From the NCBI GenBank assembly GCA_963827235.1, contig CAWHAE010000012.1, positions 704,001-768,000 on the forward strand: a stretch of DNA of 64,000 nucleotides, given 5' to 3'. Of this stretch, positions 16,746 to 26,096 are shown one piece after another (the first letter of the stretch is position 1; every line of letters begins with the position of its first letter). A model generated the notes under the pieces. The model did no database searches and was not told the DNA's origin. It saw only the letters and a program-made list of their open reading frames with translations. Origin of the DNA: an uncultured bacterium. GTDB taxonomy: Bacteria > Chloroflexota > UBA5177 > JANWHV01. The translations under genes and the position numbers were made by a program.

Positions 16746-17966
16746 ATGACAACGACCATGAGCATCAGCGAAAGCGACTGGAGCCTGCATCGGAAAGGCC
16801 CCAAGGATCAGGCCCGCCATCAGCAGAAGGTTCGGGAGGCAATCAAGGACCATCTGGGCGAGATCATCTCCAACGAATCGATCATAACCAGCGACGGCAC
16901 CAAGATTGTCAAGGTACCGGTGCGCTCCCTCGAGGAGTACAACTTTCGCTTCGATCCCTTCAAGAAGGGCGGCGTCGGCCAGGGCCAGGGCGACAGCAAA
17001 CCCGGCGACGTGATCGGACAGGTACCGCGACAGCAGCCCGGGCGCGGTAGGACGGCCGGTGACCAGCCGGGCATCGACTACTACGAAACCGAGTTTACGA
17101 TCGACGAGCTGGCGGAGATGATCTTTGCCGACCTCGGTCTGCCGAACCTCAAGGAGAAAGGCCAGCAAGAGGTCCTCTCCGACCGTCTCCGTTTCGACGA
17201 CGTGCGAAAAGTGGGCATCCTTCCCAATCTCGACAAGAAGCGATCCGTTCTGCAGGCGATGAAGCGCCAGGCGATGGGGAAGTCGTGGCAACCGTCGCTC
17301 AGAGATCAGGCAGAAGAAATAGGGGAGATTCGCTCCGACGAGAAGCAGGGGAGCAACCTCCGGATCACCAAGGACGATCTGCGGTACCGCACGTGGGACG
17401 TGACCCAGGAGTTGCAGCACAACGCCGTTGTGATCGCCATGCGCGATGTGTCCGGCAGCATGGGCGAATTCGAGAAGTACATCACTCGTGCCTTCTATTT
17501 CTGGATGGTGCGCTTCCTGCGCACGAAGTACTCCAGCGTGCAGATCGTCTTCATCACCCACCATACGGAGGCGAAGGAGGTGGACGAGCAGTCGTTCTTC
17601 AGCCTGGGCGAGGGCGGCGGCACGCGCGTCTCCTCCGCGTACAAGCTGTGTGACGAGATCATCCAGCAGCGGTACCCGGTCGAGCGATGGAACATCTATC
17701 CCTTCCATTTCAGCGACGGCGACAACTGGAGCGACGAGGATAACGCCGTATGCGTCAAGCTCGTCAAGTCCCTGATCGAGCGCTGCAACCTTTTCGGTTA
17801 CGGCGAGATCAAGGAGCAGTCGTACGGCCGGTGGTCGACCAGCACGCTGATGAGTGCGCTCTCGGAGGTCAAGGCGCCCGAGTTCGTGGCGGTGACTATC
17901 AAGGGCAAGGAAGACGTCTACTCTGCGCTGAAGAAGTTCTTCGCCAAGCCCGCGGGCACGGTCTGA
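16746..17966 (+). CDS. yhbH: YhbH/YeaH (DUF444) vWA-like protein
   Basis: DWSLHRKG, DLRY, AMRDVSGSM, GGTRVSSAY, HFSDGDNW. Confidence 0.95.
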   Translation: MTTTMSISESDWSLHRKGPKDQARHQQKVREAIKDHLGEIISNESIITSDGTKIVKVPVRSLEEYNFRFDPFKKGGVGQGQGDSKPGDVIGQVPRQQPGRGRTAGDQPGIDYYETEFTIDELAEMIFADLGLPNLKEKGQQEVLSDRLRFDDVRKVGILPNLDKKRSVLQAMKRQAMGKSWQPSLRDQAEEIGEIRSDEKQGSNLRITKDDLRYRTWDVTQELQHNAVVIAMRDVSGSMGEFEKYITRAFYFWMVRFLRTKYSSVQIVFITHHTEAKEVDEQSFFSLGEGGGTRVSSAYKLCDEIIQQRYPVERWNIYPFHFSDGDNWSDEDNAVCVKLVKSLIERCNLFGYGEIKEQSYGRWSTSTLMSALSEVKAPEFVAVTIKGKEDVYSALKKFFAKPAGTV

Positions 17967-19375
17967 TGGCTAAACACGTCGACAGCCGGCCCGAAGCGAC
18001 CATGCAAGAGGTGTGGGACGTAGCCCGGTCGTTTGGGCTCGATCCGTTCCCCACGCACTTCGAAGTCGTGCCGGCATCCATGATGTACGAGTTCGGTGCC
18101 TACGGCATTCCCGGGCGCTTCAGCCACTGGTCCCATGGCAAGGCCTTCTACAACATGAAGACCATGTACGACTACGGTCTGTCCAAGATCTACGAGCTCG
18201 TGATCAATGCCGACCCCTCGCAGGCATTCCTGCTGGATACGAACGACGCGTTGGAGAATAAGATGGTCATGGCTCATGTACTGGGCCATACCGACTTCTT
18301 CAAGAACAACCTCCTCTTTGGCGGCACGAATCGGAAGATGCCGGAAACGGTGAGCGTGCACGCGGACCGTGTAGCGCGCTATGAGTTCGAGCACGGCTTG
18401 ATCGCCGTCGAGCAGTTCCTCGACGCGGCTCTGTCCCTCAAGGAGCACATCTCGCAACATCCCGACTCGCAGCCCCGGAGGCAAGAGCAGCCGGAGCGGG
18501 CGCCGGATACCGGTTCGGGATCGCCCTATCAGGACATCTTCTCCCTGGGCGAGCCACCAGTGGAGCCGGCAAAGACCGAGCGTGTGAGGAAGATTCCCGA
18601 ACAGCCTGAGCACGATCTGCTCTATTTCCTCGCCGCGCACGCTCAGGACCTGGAGGATTGGCAGCGCGACGTGCTGACTATCGTGCGCGAGGAGATGCTC
18701 TACTTCCTACCTCAAATGCAGACCAAGATCATCAACGAAGGTTGGGCCAGCTACTGGCACTACCACATCATGGAGGCGCTCGACCTTCCTCCGGCAGAAC
18801 ATGCCGCGTTCGCCCGCATGCACGCGGGCGTCGTCTCGCCCAGCGGACGGATGCGCGTGAATCCCTACTATCTCGGGTTCAAGGTCTTGGCGGACATCGA
18901 ACGTCGCTGGGACAGCCCCACCGCTGAGGAACGGGACCGGCTCGGCAGGTTGCCCGGCCAGGGACGAGCGAAGCTGTTTGAAGTGCGCGAGATGGAGAGC
19001 GACCAGACGCTACTGCGAAAGTATCTCACCGAAGACCTGGTGCGGGATCTCGATCTCTACACCTACAAGCTGGTGGACGACGAGTGGCAGGTGGCGGACA
19101 CCAACTGGCGCAACGTTCGCGACGCACTGGTGGCAGGGCTCGATAACTTCGGCCTTCCCGTGATCGTGGTCGTCGACGGCGACTATCACGGCAACCGGGA
19201 GCTGTATCTCGAACACCGCTACGAGGGCGTCGAGCTGGATATCCGCTACGCGGAAAAGACGCTTCAGCACAGCTTCGCGATTTGGAATCGCACGGTCCAC
19301 CTCGAAACTGTAATCGACGGCAAGAAGGTGCGCCTGTCGTTTGACGGGAAGCGCAATAGCAAGACGATAGCTTGA
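17966..19375 (+). CDS. spoVR: SpoVR/YcgB family protein
   Basis: PGRFSHWSHGK, KIYELVIN, AHVLGHTDFFKNN, TKIINEGWASYWH, NPYYLG; TGATG coupling. Confidence 0.96.
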   Translation: MAKHVDSRPEATMQEVWDVARSFGLDPFPTHFEVVPASMMYEFGAYGIPGRFSHWSHGKAFYNMKTMYDYGLSKIYELVINADPSQAFLLDTNDALENKMVMAHVLGHTDFFKNNLLFGGTNRKMPETVSVHADRVARYEFEHGLIAVEQFLDAALSLKEHISQHPDSQPRRQEQPERAPDTGSGSPYQDIFSLGEPPVEPAKTERVRKIPEQPEHDLLYFLAAHAQDLEDWQRDVLTIVREEMLYFLPQMQTKIINEGWASYWHYHIMEALDLPPAEHAAFARMHAGVVSPSGRMRVNPYYLGFKVLADIERRWDSPTAEERDRLGRLPGQGRAKLFEVREMESDQTLLRKYLTEDLVRDLDLYTYKLVDDEWQVADTNWRNVRDALVAGLDNFGLPVIVVVDGDYHGNRELYLEHRYEGVELDIRYAEKTLQHSFAIWNRTVHLETVIDGKKVRLSFDGKRNSKTIA

Positions 19376-19422
19376 GCCGCCCCCAAGTCGCCAACAGATC
19401 TGCCTGCTTCCAATAATTGGCA

Positions 19423-19452
19423 TTGACGTCATTGCAGTTTAGTCGTAAACTG
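19423..19452 (+). promoter_or_regulatory. Sigma70 promoter with a MarR-type operator palindrome
   Basis: TTGACG-17 nt-TAAACT; inverted repeat CAGTTTA-gtcg-TAAACTG (19435-19452) covers the -10. Confidence 0.75.
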
Positions 19453-19476
19453 TGATTAGGGATTGGATGGCAGGAC

Positions 19477-20019
19477 ATGGGAATGGAGGCGAAGGCATCG
19501 CGTGCAGAGCTCGGCTTTCGCTCAACGGCCGCGGTGCTGGCATGGTTGCGCTTGGCCCGAGTGTTTCAACGCATCGCGCAACTCTCGAGTGAGCACCTCA
19601 AGCCCTGGAGCCTGAGCAGCGCTCAATTCGATGTGCTGGCGCAGGTCGGCAGAGCACAGGGAATCAACCAGCAGGACTTGGCTGCGGCGCTTCTGGTGAC
19701 CAAGGGTAATATCTGCCAGCTGCTCGATCGCATGGAGCGCGACGGACTGGTGCGCCGGGTTCCCGATGGGAGGTCAAACAAGCTGTTTCTCACCGAGCCG
19801 GGGCACATACTCTTTTCCAGGGTTGTCCCGGCTCAGGAAGCAGCAATCGACGACATGTTGTCGTCGCTGACTAGTATTGAGCAGCTCCAGCTATTCAGGC
19901 TGCTCGGCAAGTTGAACCGCTCACTCTCGAGCGGTAAAGACGTACGAGGGACCCAAGGGAGGAAGATCAGGGATGACGACTCAGGCAGAACCGCAGACTA
20001 TCACGTGGGTGATCGATAA
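19477..20019 (+). CDS. MarR family transcriptional regulator
   Basis: LSSAQFDVL, QQDLA...VTKGNICQLLDRMERDGLVRR, LTEPG. Confidence 0.92.
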   Translation: MGMEAKASRAELGFRSTAAVLAWLRLARVFQRIAQLSSEHLKPWSLSSAQFDVLAQVGRAQGINQQDLAAALLVTKGNICQLLDRMERDGLVRRVPDGRSNKLFLTEPGHILFSRVVPAQEAAIDDMLSSLTSIEQLQLFRLLGKLNRSLSSGKDVRGTQGRKIRDDDSGRTADYHVGDR

Positions 20020-20524
20020 GGCACATTCGGAGATCGAGTTTGCCGTCAAACACATGATGTTCAGCACCGTGAAGGGCCAGTTCACGGAGTTCAGCGGCAC
20101 GATCGTCGAGGACACGTCGAATCCGTCGCGCTCCTCCGTAGACGTCACCATCGACGTTGCGAGTATCAGCACACGCGATGCGAAGCGCGACGAGCACCTT
20201 CGCTCGGGTGACTTCTTCCTGGCTGAGCAGCATCCGACCATCACCTTCAAGAGCACGGGCGTCTCTGCCCCGGCAAAAGACCGCCTGAGCGTAACCGGCG
20301 ACCTGTCAGTCCGTGGTACAACCCGCCCGGTCACCCTGGACGTCTCTCGGACCGGCTCGGGCAAGAATCCCTGGGGCCAGGAGGTCGCCGGATTCAGTGC
20401 TACGACGCAGATCAATCGCAAGGACTTCGGCCTGGAGTGGAACGTCGCCTTGGAAGCAGGCGGCGTGCTGGTGGGCGAGGCGGTCAAGATCTCGCTCGAG
20501 ATCGAAGCGACCAAGCAGGCATAG
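19973..20524 (+). CDS. YceI family protein
   Basis: WVIDKAHSEIEFAVKHMM, RDEHLRSGDFF, INRKDFGLEWN. Confidence 0.96.
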   Translation: MTTQAEPQTITWVIDKAHSEIEFAVKHMMFSTVKGQFTEFSGTIVEDTSNPSRSSVDVTIDVASISTRDAKRDEHLRSGDFFLAEQHPTITFKSTGVSAPAKDRLSVTGDLSVRGTTRPVTLDVSRTGSGKNPWGQEVAGFSATTQINRKDFGLEWNVALEAGGVLVGEAVKISLEIEATKQA

Positions 20525-20587
20525 GCTGATCGGGTCAGGCGCTCTGGGCCTGCTCAGGTCGTGACTGAATCGAGATGCGATAGCAGA

Positions 20588-20622
20588 GAGCCCTCCGGCA
20601 CCGTGCGCCGGAGGGCTTCTTC
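20588..20622 (+). terminator. Intrinsic terminator after yceI
   Basis: GAGCCCTCCGGC-loop-GCCGGAGGGCTT followed by CTTC. Confidence 0.7.
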
Positions 20623-21113
20623 GTCGTGCGTCGTCCTGCCCTCCGGTCCCCGAGTGGACGACGTGGCCTGCACGTGACCGTCGATGTCCAGCCGCGCGCG
20701 GCGGGGAGCCTGGCTGCCTCTTGCAGTCCAGCTTCGTTCGGCTGGTACGGAGCGCGGCGAGCGGCCGAATGGCAGGCGCTTTCGCCGCCAGACCCGCCCG
20801 TCCGCTACCACGAGGTGCCAGCTGTCGGGACTGCTCGGGCTCGGGCATCGTGCCGCGCCATCCCTCTGCACGAGGCGAGCGAGGCGCTCTCGGTGCCGGT
20901 GCGCCGCGAACCCTGGCGCGCCCGGCGTACTCACCGGCAGGACCGTTCATCGCCTGGTACGCTTGAGGGTCACTGCAAGGGCGGAGCTCACCTCGACGCC
21001 GCAGATCGTGCCTTGGCCCCAATACAGAGGCAGAAGGCAAGGGTCTGTCATAAACCTACCGGCGGCGGTGCCTAGAATGTAAGTGAGCGCAGAGCCGGGC
21101 GGGCAACACAGCG

Positions 21114-21671
21114 ATGGACAGCGCAGCGGTAGGGTACGGCTGGATGCAGCAGGCGGGGGCAGCCGACGCGTTTGAGTGCCTCTTCCTGGCTCAGTATTCG
21201 CGCGTCGTGGCTGTTGCATACCGTATCGTGAACGACGTCGACGAAGCCGAAGACGTGGCACAGGAGGTATTTGCCGATTTCTGTCGCCGCCATATGGCCG
21301 ACGCTCCCTATGCGCCTGCCTGGCTGTACCGCGCCGCCGTGCACAGGGCGTTCAACGCCCTGCGCGGGAATCGACGGCGCTCTCGCCGTGAGGCCGAGCA
21401 CGAGCGCGATGCCGGCCAGATCGCACCCGGTCGTCCGCAGTCCGCCGACCCGCTATGTCACGTCGAGGCGACGGAAGCGCGACGGGAGGTTCGCTCGGCG
21501 CTGGCGCGCTTGCCTGAGAGAAGCGCCGCGATTCTCGCCCTTCGCTACAGCGGCTTGAGCTACGCGGAAGTAGCGTGTGCGCTCGGCGTGAAGACGAACC
21601 AGATTGGAACGTTGCTTCGCCGGGCGGAAGTCGCGTTGCGGAAGGAGATCGAGCGTGAGACACCTGTCTGA
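21114..21671 (+). CDS. ECF RNA polymerase sigma factor
   Basis: AEDVAQEVF, WLYRAA, LRYSGLSYAEVA..LGV...IGTLLRRA. Confidence 0.93.
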   Translation: MDSAAVGYGWMQQAGAADAFECLFLAQYSRVVAVAYRIVNDVDEAEDVAQEVFADFCRRHMADAPYAPAWLYRAAVHRAFNALRGNRRRSRREAEHERDAGQIAPGRPQSADPLCHVEATEARREVRSALARLPERSAAILALRYSGLSYAEVACALGVKTNQIGTLLRRAEVALRKEIERETPV

Positions 21672-22782
21672 CGGTATTCTCAGGCGTCTGATCGACGAGC
21701 CGTTCGCGGTGCCGATAAGCGAGCGCGTTCACGTGGACACCTGTCTCTCATGCAAGGGCCGGCTGGACCAGATCGCTCATGACGCGCGGGCGGTCTCCGA
21801 GATTCTCGGCTCCCTGCCGCGGGTCAATCGTGCCGTTGCGCTGCACTCGTTTCACCGCGCGGTCACGGAGCCTGCTGGCGGCACGCTGCGCCGGCGCCTG
21901 TCTACTCTCCGCCCCAATGTGGCTGGCGGTGGCCAATTGAGCAGTCGACCATGGCGATTGCCCGCCGTATTTGCCATGGTGGCGGCAGCGGTGCTGATCT
22001 GCGCTCTCACGCCGGCTGGCTCGGTAGCGCATGACTTTCTCACGGCATTCCAGCCTACGTCCTACAGCCTGGTGCCGGTAACTACCAGCGAATTACAGGC
22101 ACTACCCAACCTCTCGGACTTCGGCCTGATGACCAGCGCGCCGAACAGCTCCCACCATCGCGCGGACAGCGCGGTTGCGGCCGGCCGGCTGGCGGGCATG
22201 CACGTGGCCGTTCCCGCCGGTCCTCCGCCTGGCGTACCCCTCAGCGTGACCTACGACGTGCTCCAGCCTACCTGGACCGCCTTTGAGTTCAGCTCTATCG
22301 TCGCGAGGGCCAGCGTGGCAAGGACGGGCCACGCGCTGCCGCCAATGCCGGCTCAGATCGATCACAGTAGCCTGCGCATAGCAGTCGGCCCCGTCGTGCT
22401 CACGAGATATGGTCCGCCGGCGCTGCGTGAGCACACCGTGCCCGCGCTTGTCGTCGTCCAGGCGCCGCGTCCGCTGCTCACGTCCTCCGGTGCGCCGGTC
22501 ACGGCGATCGAACAGTACCTGCTCGCACTGCCCGGCGTTTCGCCACAGCTTCGAGAGCAGATCAAAGCAATCGGCGACCCCAGCGTGACTCTGCCGATTC
22601 CCATCCCAATCGAAGCCTTCACTGCGGATAAGGTCACCGTCCAGGGCGTGCCGGGCCTGGCGTTCGGCGACTCCACCAACCTGGGCAGCGGCGTGCTTTG
22701 GCAGAAGAACGGCATGGTGTACGCCGTTGCCGGGGCCATGCCGGAGAGCCAGGTCGTGAGCATCGCGGAGTCTCTCCGGTGA
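21655..22782 (+). CDS. Zinc-binding (ZAS) anti-sigma factor with TM helix and extracytoplasmic domain
   Basis: HLSDG...HVDTCLSC (HxxxCxxC); AAGGAG RBS; overlaps the sigma gene. Confidence 0.82.
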   Translation: MRHLSDGILRRLIDEPFAVPISERVHVDTCLSCKGRLDQIAHDARAVSEILGSLPRVNRAVALHSFHRAVTEPAGGTLRRRLSTLRPNVAGGGQLSSRPWRLPAVFAMVAAAVLICALTPAGSVAHDFLTAFQPTSYSLVPVTTSELQALPNLSDFGLMTSAPNSSHHRADSAVAAGRLAGMHVAVPAGPPPGVPLSVTYDVLQPTWTAFEFSSIVARASVARTGHALPPMPAQIDHSSLRIAVGPVVLTRYGPPALREHTVPALVVVQAPRPLLTSSGAPVTAIEQYLLALPGVSPQLREQIKAIGDPSVTLPIPIPIEAFTADKVTVQGVPGLAFGDSTNLGSGVLWQKNGMVYAVAGAMPESQVVSIAESLR

Positions 22783-23789
22783 GCGGGGCCCGCGGCGCCT
22801 ATCCGCCGGCGAACTCAGGTGCGGCGCAGAACATCGGGACGGCGGATGCCGTGGCAGCAATTCACCTGATTGGCCTTGGCAAGCGCTATCGGCACGTAAC
22901 TGCGCTCTCCGGGCTCAGCATGACGGTAACCAGAGGCGAAGTCTTCGGCTTCCTGGGGCCAAACGGTGCCGGCAAGACGACGGCTGTGAAGCTTCTCCTT
23001 GGCCTTGCCTGCCCGAGCTCGGGCGAGGGGTACGTGCTCGGCGCTCCCCTGGGTGACCTGGCGGCCCGAAGGCGTATCGGCTACCTGCCCGAGCTGTTTC
23101 GCTACCAGGACTGGATGACGGCTCGCGAGGTGCTCGCCTTCCACTGCTCGCTGGCTCGCATTCCGCGAGTTCGGTGGGCACGCTGTGTCGATACCGCCCT
23201 GGGCCTGGTCGGGTTGATCGGGCGGGACAACGACCGCGTGGGCACCTTCTCGAAGGGCATGCAACAGCGCCTCGGACTAGGCGTGGCACTGCTCGGCGAG
23301 CCGGATCTCGTGCTTCTCGACGAGCCGACCTCGGCGCTCGACCCGGTCGGTCGGCACGATGTGCGCGAGATCATCCACGCGCTCAAGGCGCGTGGCGCCA
23401 CCGTCTTCCTCAACTCTCATCTGCTGACCGAAGTAGAGCACGTGTGCGATCGCGTGGCTATAGTCGACCGCGGCCGCCTGATCGCCATCAGCCGCGTCTC
23501 GGAGCTGACGGAGGACGCTCACGCAGTGCGCATCCGCTGTTCGTCTTTGGGCAGTGAGGAGCTCGGCCACCTGACCGGCTTCGGCGATGCCTCCCTGGAC
23601 AACGGCTGGTATGTCGTGCGCGGTGTGCCCGCCGCGGGCGTTCCCGATCTGGTGGTCGCGCTGGTCGCACTCGGTGCGCGCATCTACGCGGTTGAGCCGG
23701 TGAAACAGACGCTCGAGCAGAGCTTCCTTGAAGTGTTGAAGGGATCGCGGGATGCCGCTGCTGATCATCGCTCGCCTGACGCTGTTTGA
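22779..23789 (+). CDS. ABC transporter ATP-binding protein
   Basis: GPNGAGKTT, FSKGMQQR, LLDEPT, NSH. Confidence 0.95.
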   Translation: MSGARGAYPPANSGAAQNIGTADAVAAIHLIGLGKRYRHVTALSGLSMTVTRGEVFGFLGPNGAGKTTAVKLLLGLACPSSGEGYVLGAPLGDLAARRRIGYLPELFRYQDWMTAREVLAFHCSLARIPRVRWARCVDTALGLVGLIGRDNDRVGTFSKGMQQRLGLGVALLGEPDLVLLDEPTSALDPVGRHDVREIIHALKARGATVFLNSHLLTEVEHVCDRVAIVDRGRLIAISRVSELTEDAHAVRIRCSSLGSEELGHLTGFGDASLDNGWYVVRGVPAAGVPDLVVALVALGARIYAVEPVKQTLEQSFLEVLKGSRDAAADHRSPDAV

Positions 23790-24594
23790 GGCGGTGCGCC
23801 GCCGGCTGGTGCTGGCCGTAATCGTTCTCACGCCGATCGTGGTCGGCGTCACCGGATGGGGCTTCGCCAGATTATCGGACCTCAAGGACGCCAACGGGAT
23901 TCCGTTGAGCGCAAGCGAGCTGACGCTGAACTATGCGCTGTTCGTCGTCCTGATAGCCTTCATGTTTAGCGTTGTGCTGGCGGTCGGATCGGTCTTCCTG
24001 GCGGCGCCGGCGATCGCTTCCGACCTGGAATCCGGCCTGGCGCTTGCCGTCTTTACGAGGCCGATCCGGCGGAGCTCCATCCTGCTGGGCAAGTGGCTGG
24101 GTCTCGGCATGCTGGTCTCCGTGTACGCGTCGAGTACCACGGCGCTGGAACTGGCGACGATCGACATGGCGACCGGATACGTGCCGCCGCACCCCGTCTA
24201 TGCAGTCATATTCATCATCTGGCAGAGCCTTGTCATGCTCACGCTCGCCATGGCCATCAGCACCCGCCTGGCCCCTATGACCTGCGGCGTGGTGCTGGTC
24301 GTGCTGTTCGGCGCCACGTGGATTATTGGCGTTGCGCAGGCAATCGGCTCGTCCTTCAACAACGATGCGATCGTCACCGCGGGCACCATCGTGAGCCTGA
24401 TCCTACCGACCGATGGGCTCTGGCGAGGCGCGGTGTACAACCTGGAGCCGGCGGTGGTGAGAGTGGTCGGACTGCGAGTCGATCCTCTGGGCGTGACGGG
24501 AGCGCCGACGCCCGCCTACCTGGCCTGGGCGCTTTGCTGGATCGGGCTGACTCTCCTGAGCGGCATCTGGAGCCTGAATCGACGAGACATCTGA
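23752..24594 (+). CDS. ABC-2 type permease
   Basis: Six hydrophobic segments; SG...TRPIRR..ILLGKW; ends RRDI. Confidence 0.88.
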   Translation: MPLLIIARLTLFEAVRRRLVLAVIVLTPIVVGVTGWGFARLSDLKDANGIPLSASELTLNYALFVVLIAFMFSVVLAVGSVFLAAPAIASDLESGLALAVFTRPIRRSSILLGKWLGLGMLVSVYASSTTALELATIDMATGYVPPHPVYAVIFIIWQSLVMLTLAMAISTRLAPMTCGVVLVVLFGATWIIGVAQAIGSSFNNDAIVTAGTIVSLILPTDGLWRGAVYNLEPAVVRVVGLRVDPLGVTGAPTPAYLAWALCWIGLTLLSGIWSLNRRDI

Positions 24595-24713
24595 GCTGCC
24601 CCTCGAGACCGACCGGACGGCCGCGCCTCGCTTGCAGTATCCTAGCCGGTGGCAATCCGCCTGGGCTTTGATCGGCGGGAGCGCGGTCTCCGATCGTGAT
24701 GGGAAGGTAAGCG

Positions 24714-26042
24714 ATGATATCTTCAGAACGGCCACATGCTGACGTGCTGCGGGACGTTGTGCGTCGGCACAAGAGCGGCGAGCTGATCGGCATCCACTCC
24801 ATCTGCTCCGCGCATCCGCAGGTACTGGAAGCGTGCATGGCGGAAGTCCGCGCGAGCAACGATCTGTTGCTGATCGAGGCGACGTCAAACCAGGTCAATC
24901 AGTTTGGCGGCTACACCGGCATGTCCCCGGCGCAGTTCGCCCGATACGTGCGTGATCTCGCAGCCACGACGGGCCTGGGGCCCGATCGCCTGATCCTGGG
25001 GGGCGACCATCTCGGGCCCAACGCCTGGCGCACCGAGCCCGCTGCCAGCGCCATGGAGAAGGCCTGCACGATGGTGCGCGACTACGTGCACTCCGGCTTT
25101 CACAAGATCCATCTGGACGCGAGCATGCGCTGCTCCGGCGACCCTGGAGACACGCACTCGGCGCTCCCGGAGGAGACTGTTGCCGCGCGCGCGGCGGAGC
25201 TTTGCGCCGCGGCAGAAGAGGCTCATACGGCGGCCGCCCGCGGCGGGCCTTCGCCGGCGTACGTGATCGGGACCGAGGTGCCTATTCCGGGCGGTACCCG
25301 CGAAGCCGGTGAAGCGCCCGCGGTGACCACGCCAGGGGCGATGAGGCAGACGATCGCAGTTACCAGAGAGGCGTTCAGGGCGCGCGACCTTCAGGCAGCC
25401 TGGGAGAGGGTGATTGCCGTGGTGGTGCAGCCGGGCGTCGAGTTTGGCGACGACTTCGTATTCGACTACCATCCGGACGGCGCTGCTTCCCTGTCGCGAG
25501 CGATCGAGGAAGAGCCAAACCTCGTGTTCGAGGCGCACTCCACCGACTACCAGCGTCCGGAGTCGTTGCGGAAGTTGGTCGTGGATCACTTTGCCGTGCT
25601 CAAGGTCGGCCCAGCGCTGACCTTCGCCTTCCGCGAAGCCGTATTCGCGCTCGAGCTAATCGAGCGTGAGTGGCTGGAAGGCAGGTCGCCCGTCGAGCTC
25701 TCGCACCTGCGCCGCACCCTGGAGCAGGCGATGCTCGAGGCTCCGTCAAACTGGAAGCCGTACTATCACGGCGACGAGGATGAGCAGCGGCTGGCCCGCG
25801 GGTTCAGCTTCTCGGACAGGATCCGGTACTACTGGCCCGATCCACGCGTGCAGGCGGCGCTGACGCGCCTGATCGCCAACCTTAGCGCGGGGCCGATTCC
25901 GGCGGTGCTGATCAGCCAGTTCCTGCCCCGGCAATTCGAAGCAGTGCGCGAAGGCACCCTGGCAAGCCAGCCGTTGGAGATGGTACGCCACAAGGTCAAC
26001 GAGGTCACGCAGACTTATGCGCGAGCGTGCGGCCGGCGGTGA
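24714..26042 (+). CDS. kbaZ: KbaZ/GatZ family protein (tagatose-6-phosphate 4-epimerase-like)
   Basis: SICSAHP, IEATSNQVNQFGGYTGM, GGDHLGPN, YVIGTEVPIPGG, EAHSTDYQ, SDRIRYYW. Confidence 0.92.
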   Translation: MISSERPHADVLRDVVRRHKSGELIGIHSICSAHPQVLEACMAEVRASNDLLLIEATSNQVNQFGGYTGMSPAQFARYVRDLAATTGLGPDRLILGGDHLGPNAWRTEPAASAMEKACTMVRDYVHSGFHKIHLDASMRCSGDPGDTHSALPEETVAARAAELCAAAEEAHTAAARGGPSPAYVIGTEVPIPGGTREAGEAPAVTTPGAMRQTIAVTREAFRARDLQAAWERVIAVVVQPGVEFGDDFVFDYHPDGAASLSRAIEEEPNLVFEAHSTDYQRPESLRKLVVDHFAVLKVGPALTFAFREAVFALELIEREWLEGRSPVELSHLRRTLEQAMLEAPSNWKPYYHGDEDEQRLARGFSFSDRIRYYWPDPRVQAALTRLIANLSAGPIPAVLISQFLPRQFEAVREGTLASQPLEMVRHKVNEVTQTYARACGRR

Positions 26043-26096
26043 GCCTCGCGGGTAGGCGGGCAGTGGCTGGCGCCTGAGCAAGGGTCCGCAACGTTC

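Noticed and set aside
19920-20019. 47-bp marR/yceI overlap as a regulatory device
   Set aside because: A small indel in CTCTC near 19925 would stop marR at about 19937; this cannot be separated from the indel noise seen elsewhere
20620-21110. ORFs on either strand between yceI and the ECF sigma gene
   Set aside because: No RBS, motifs or convincing composition; an ECF promoter near 21046-21074 is possible but could not be supported
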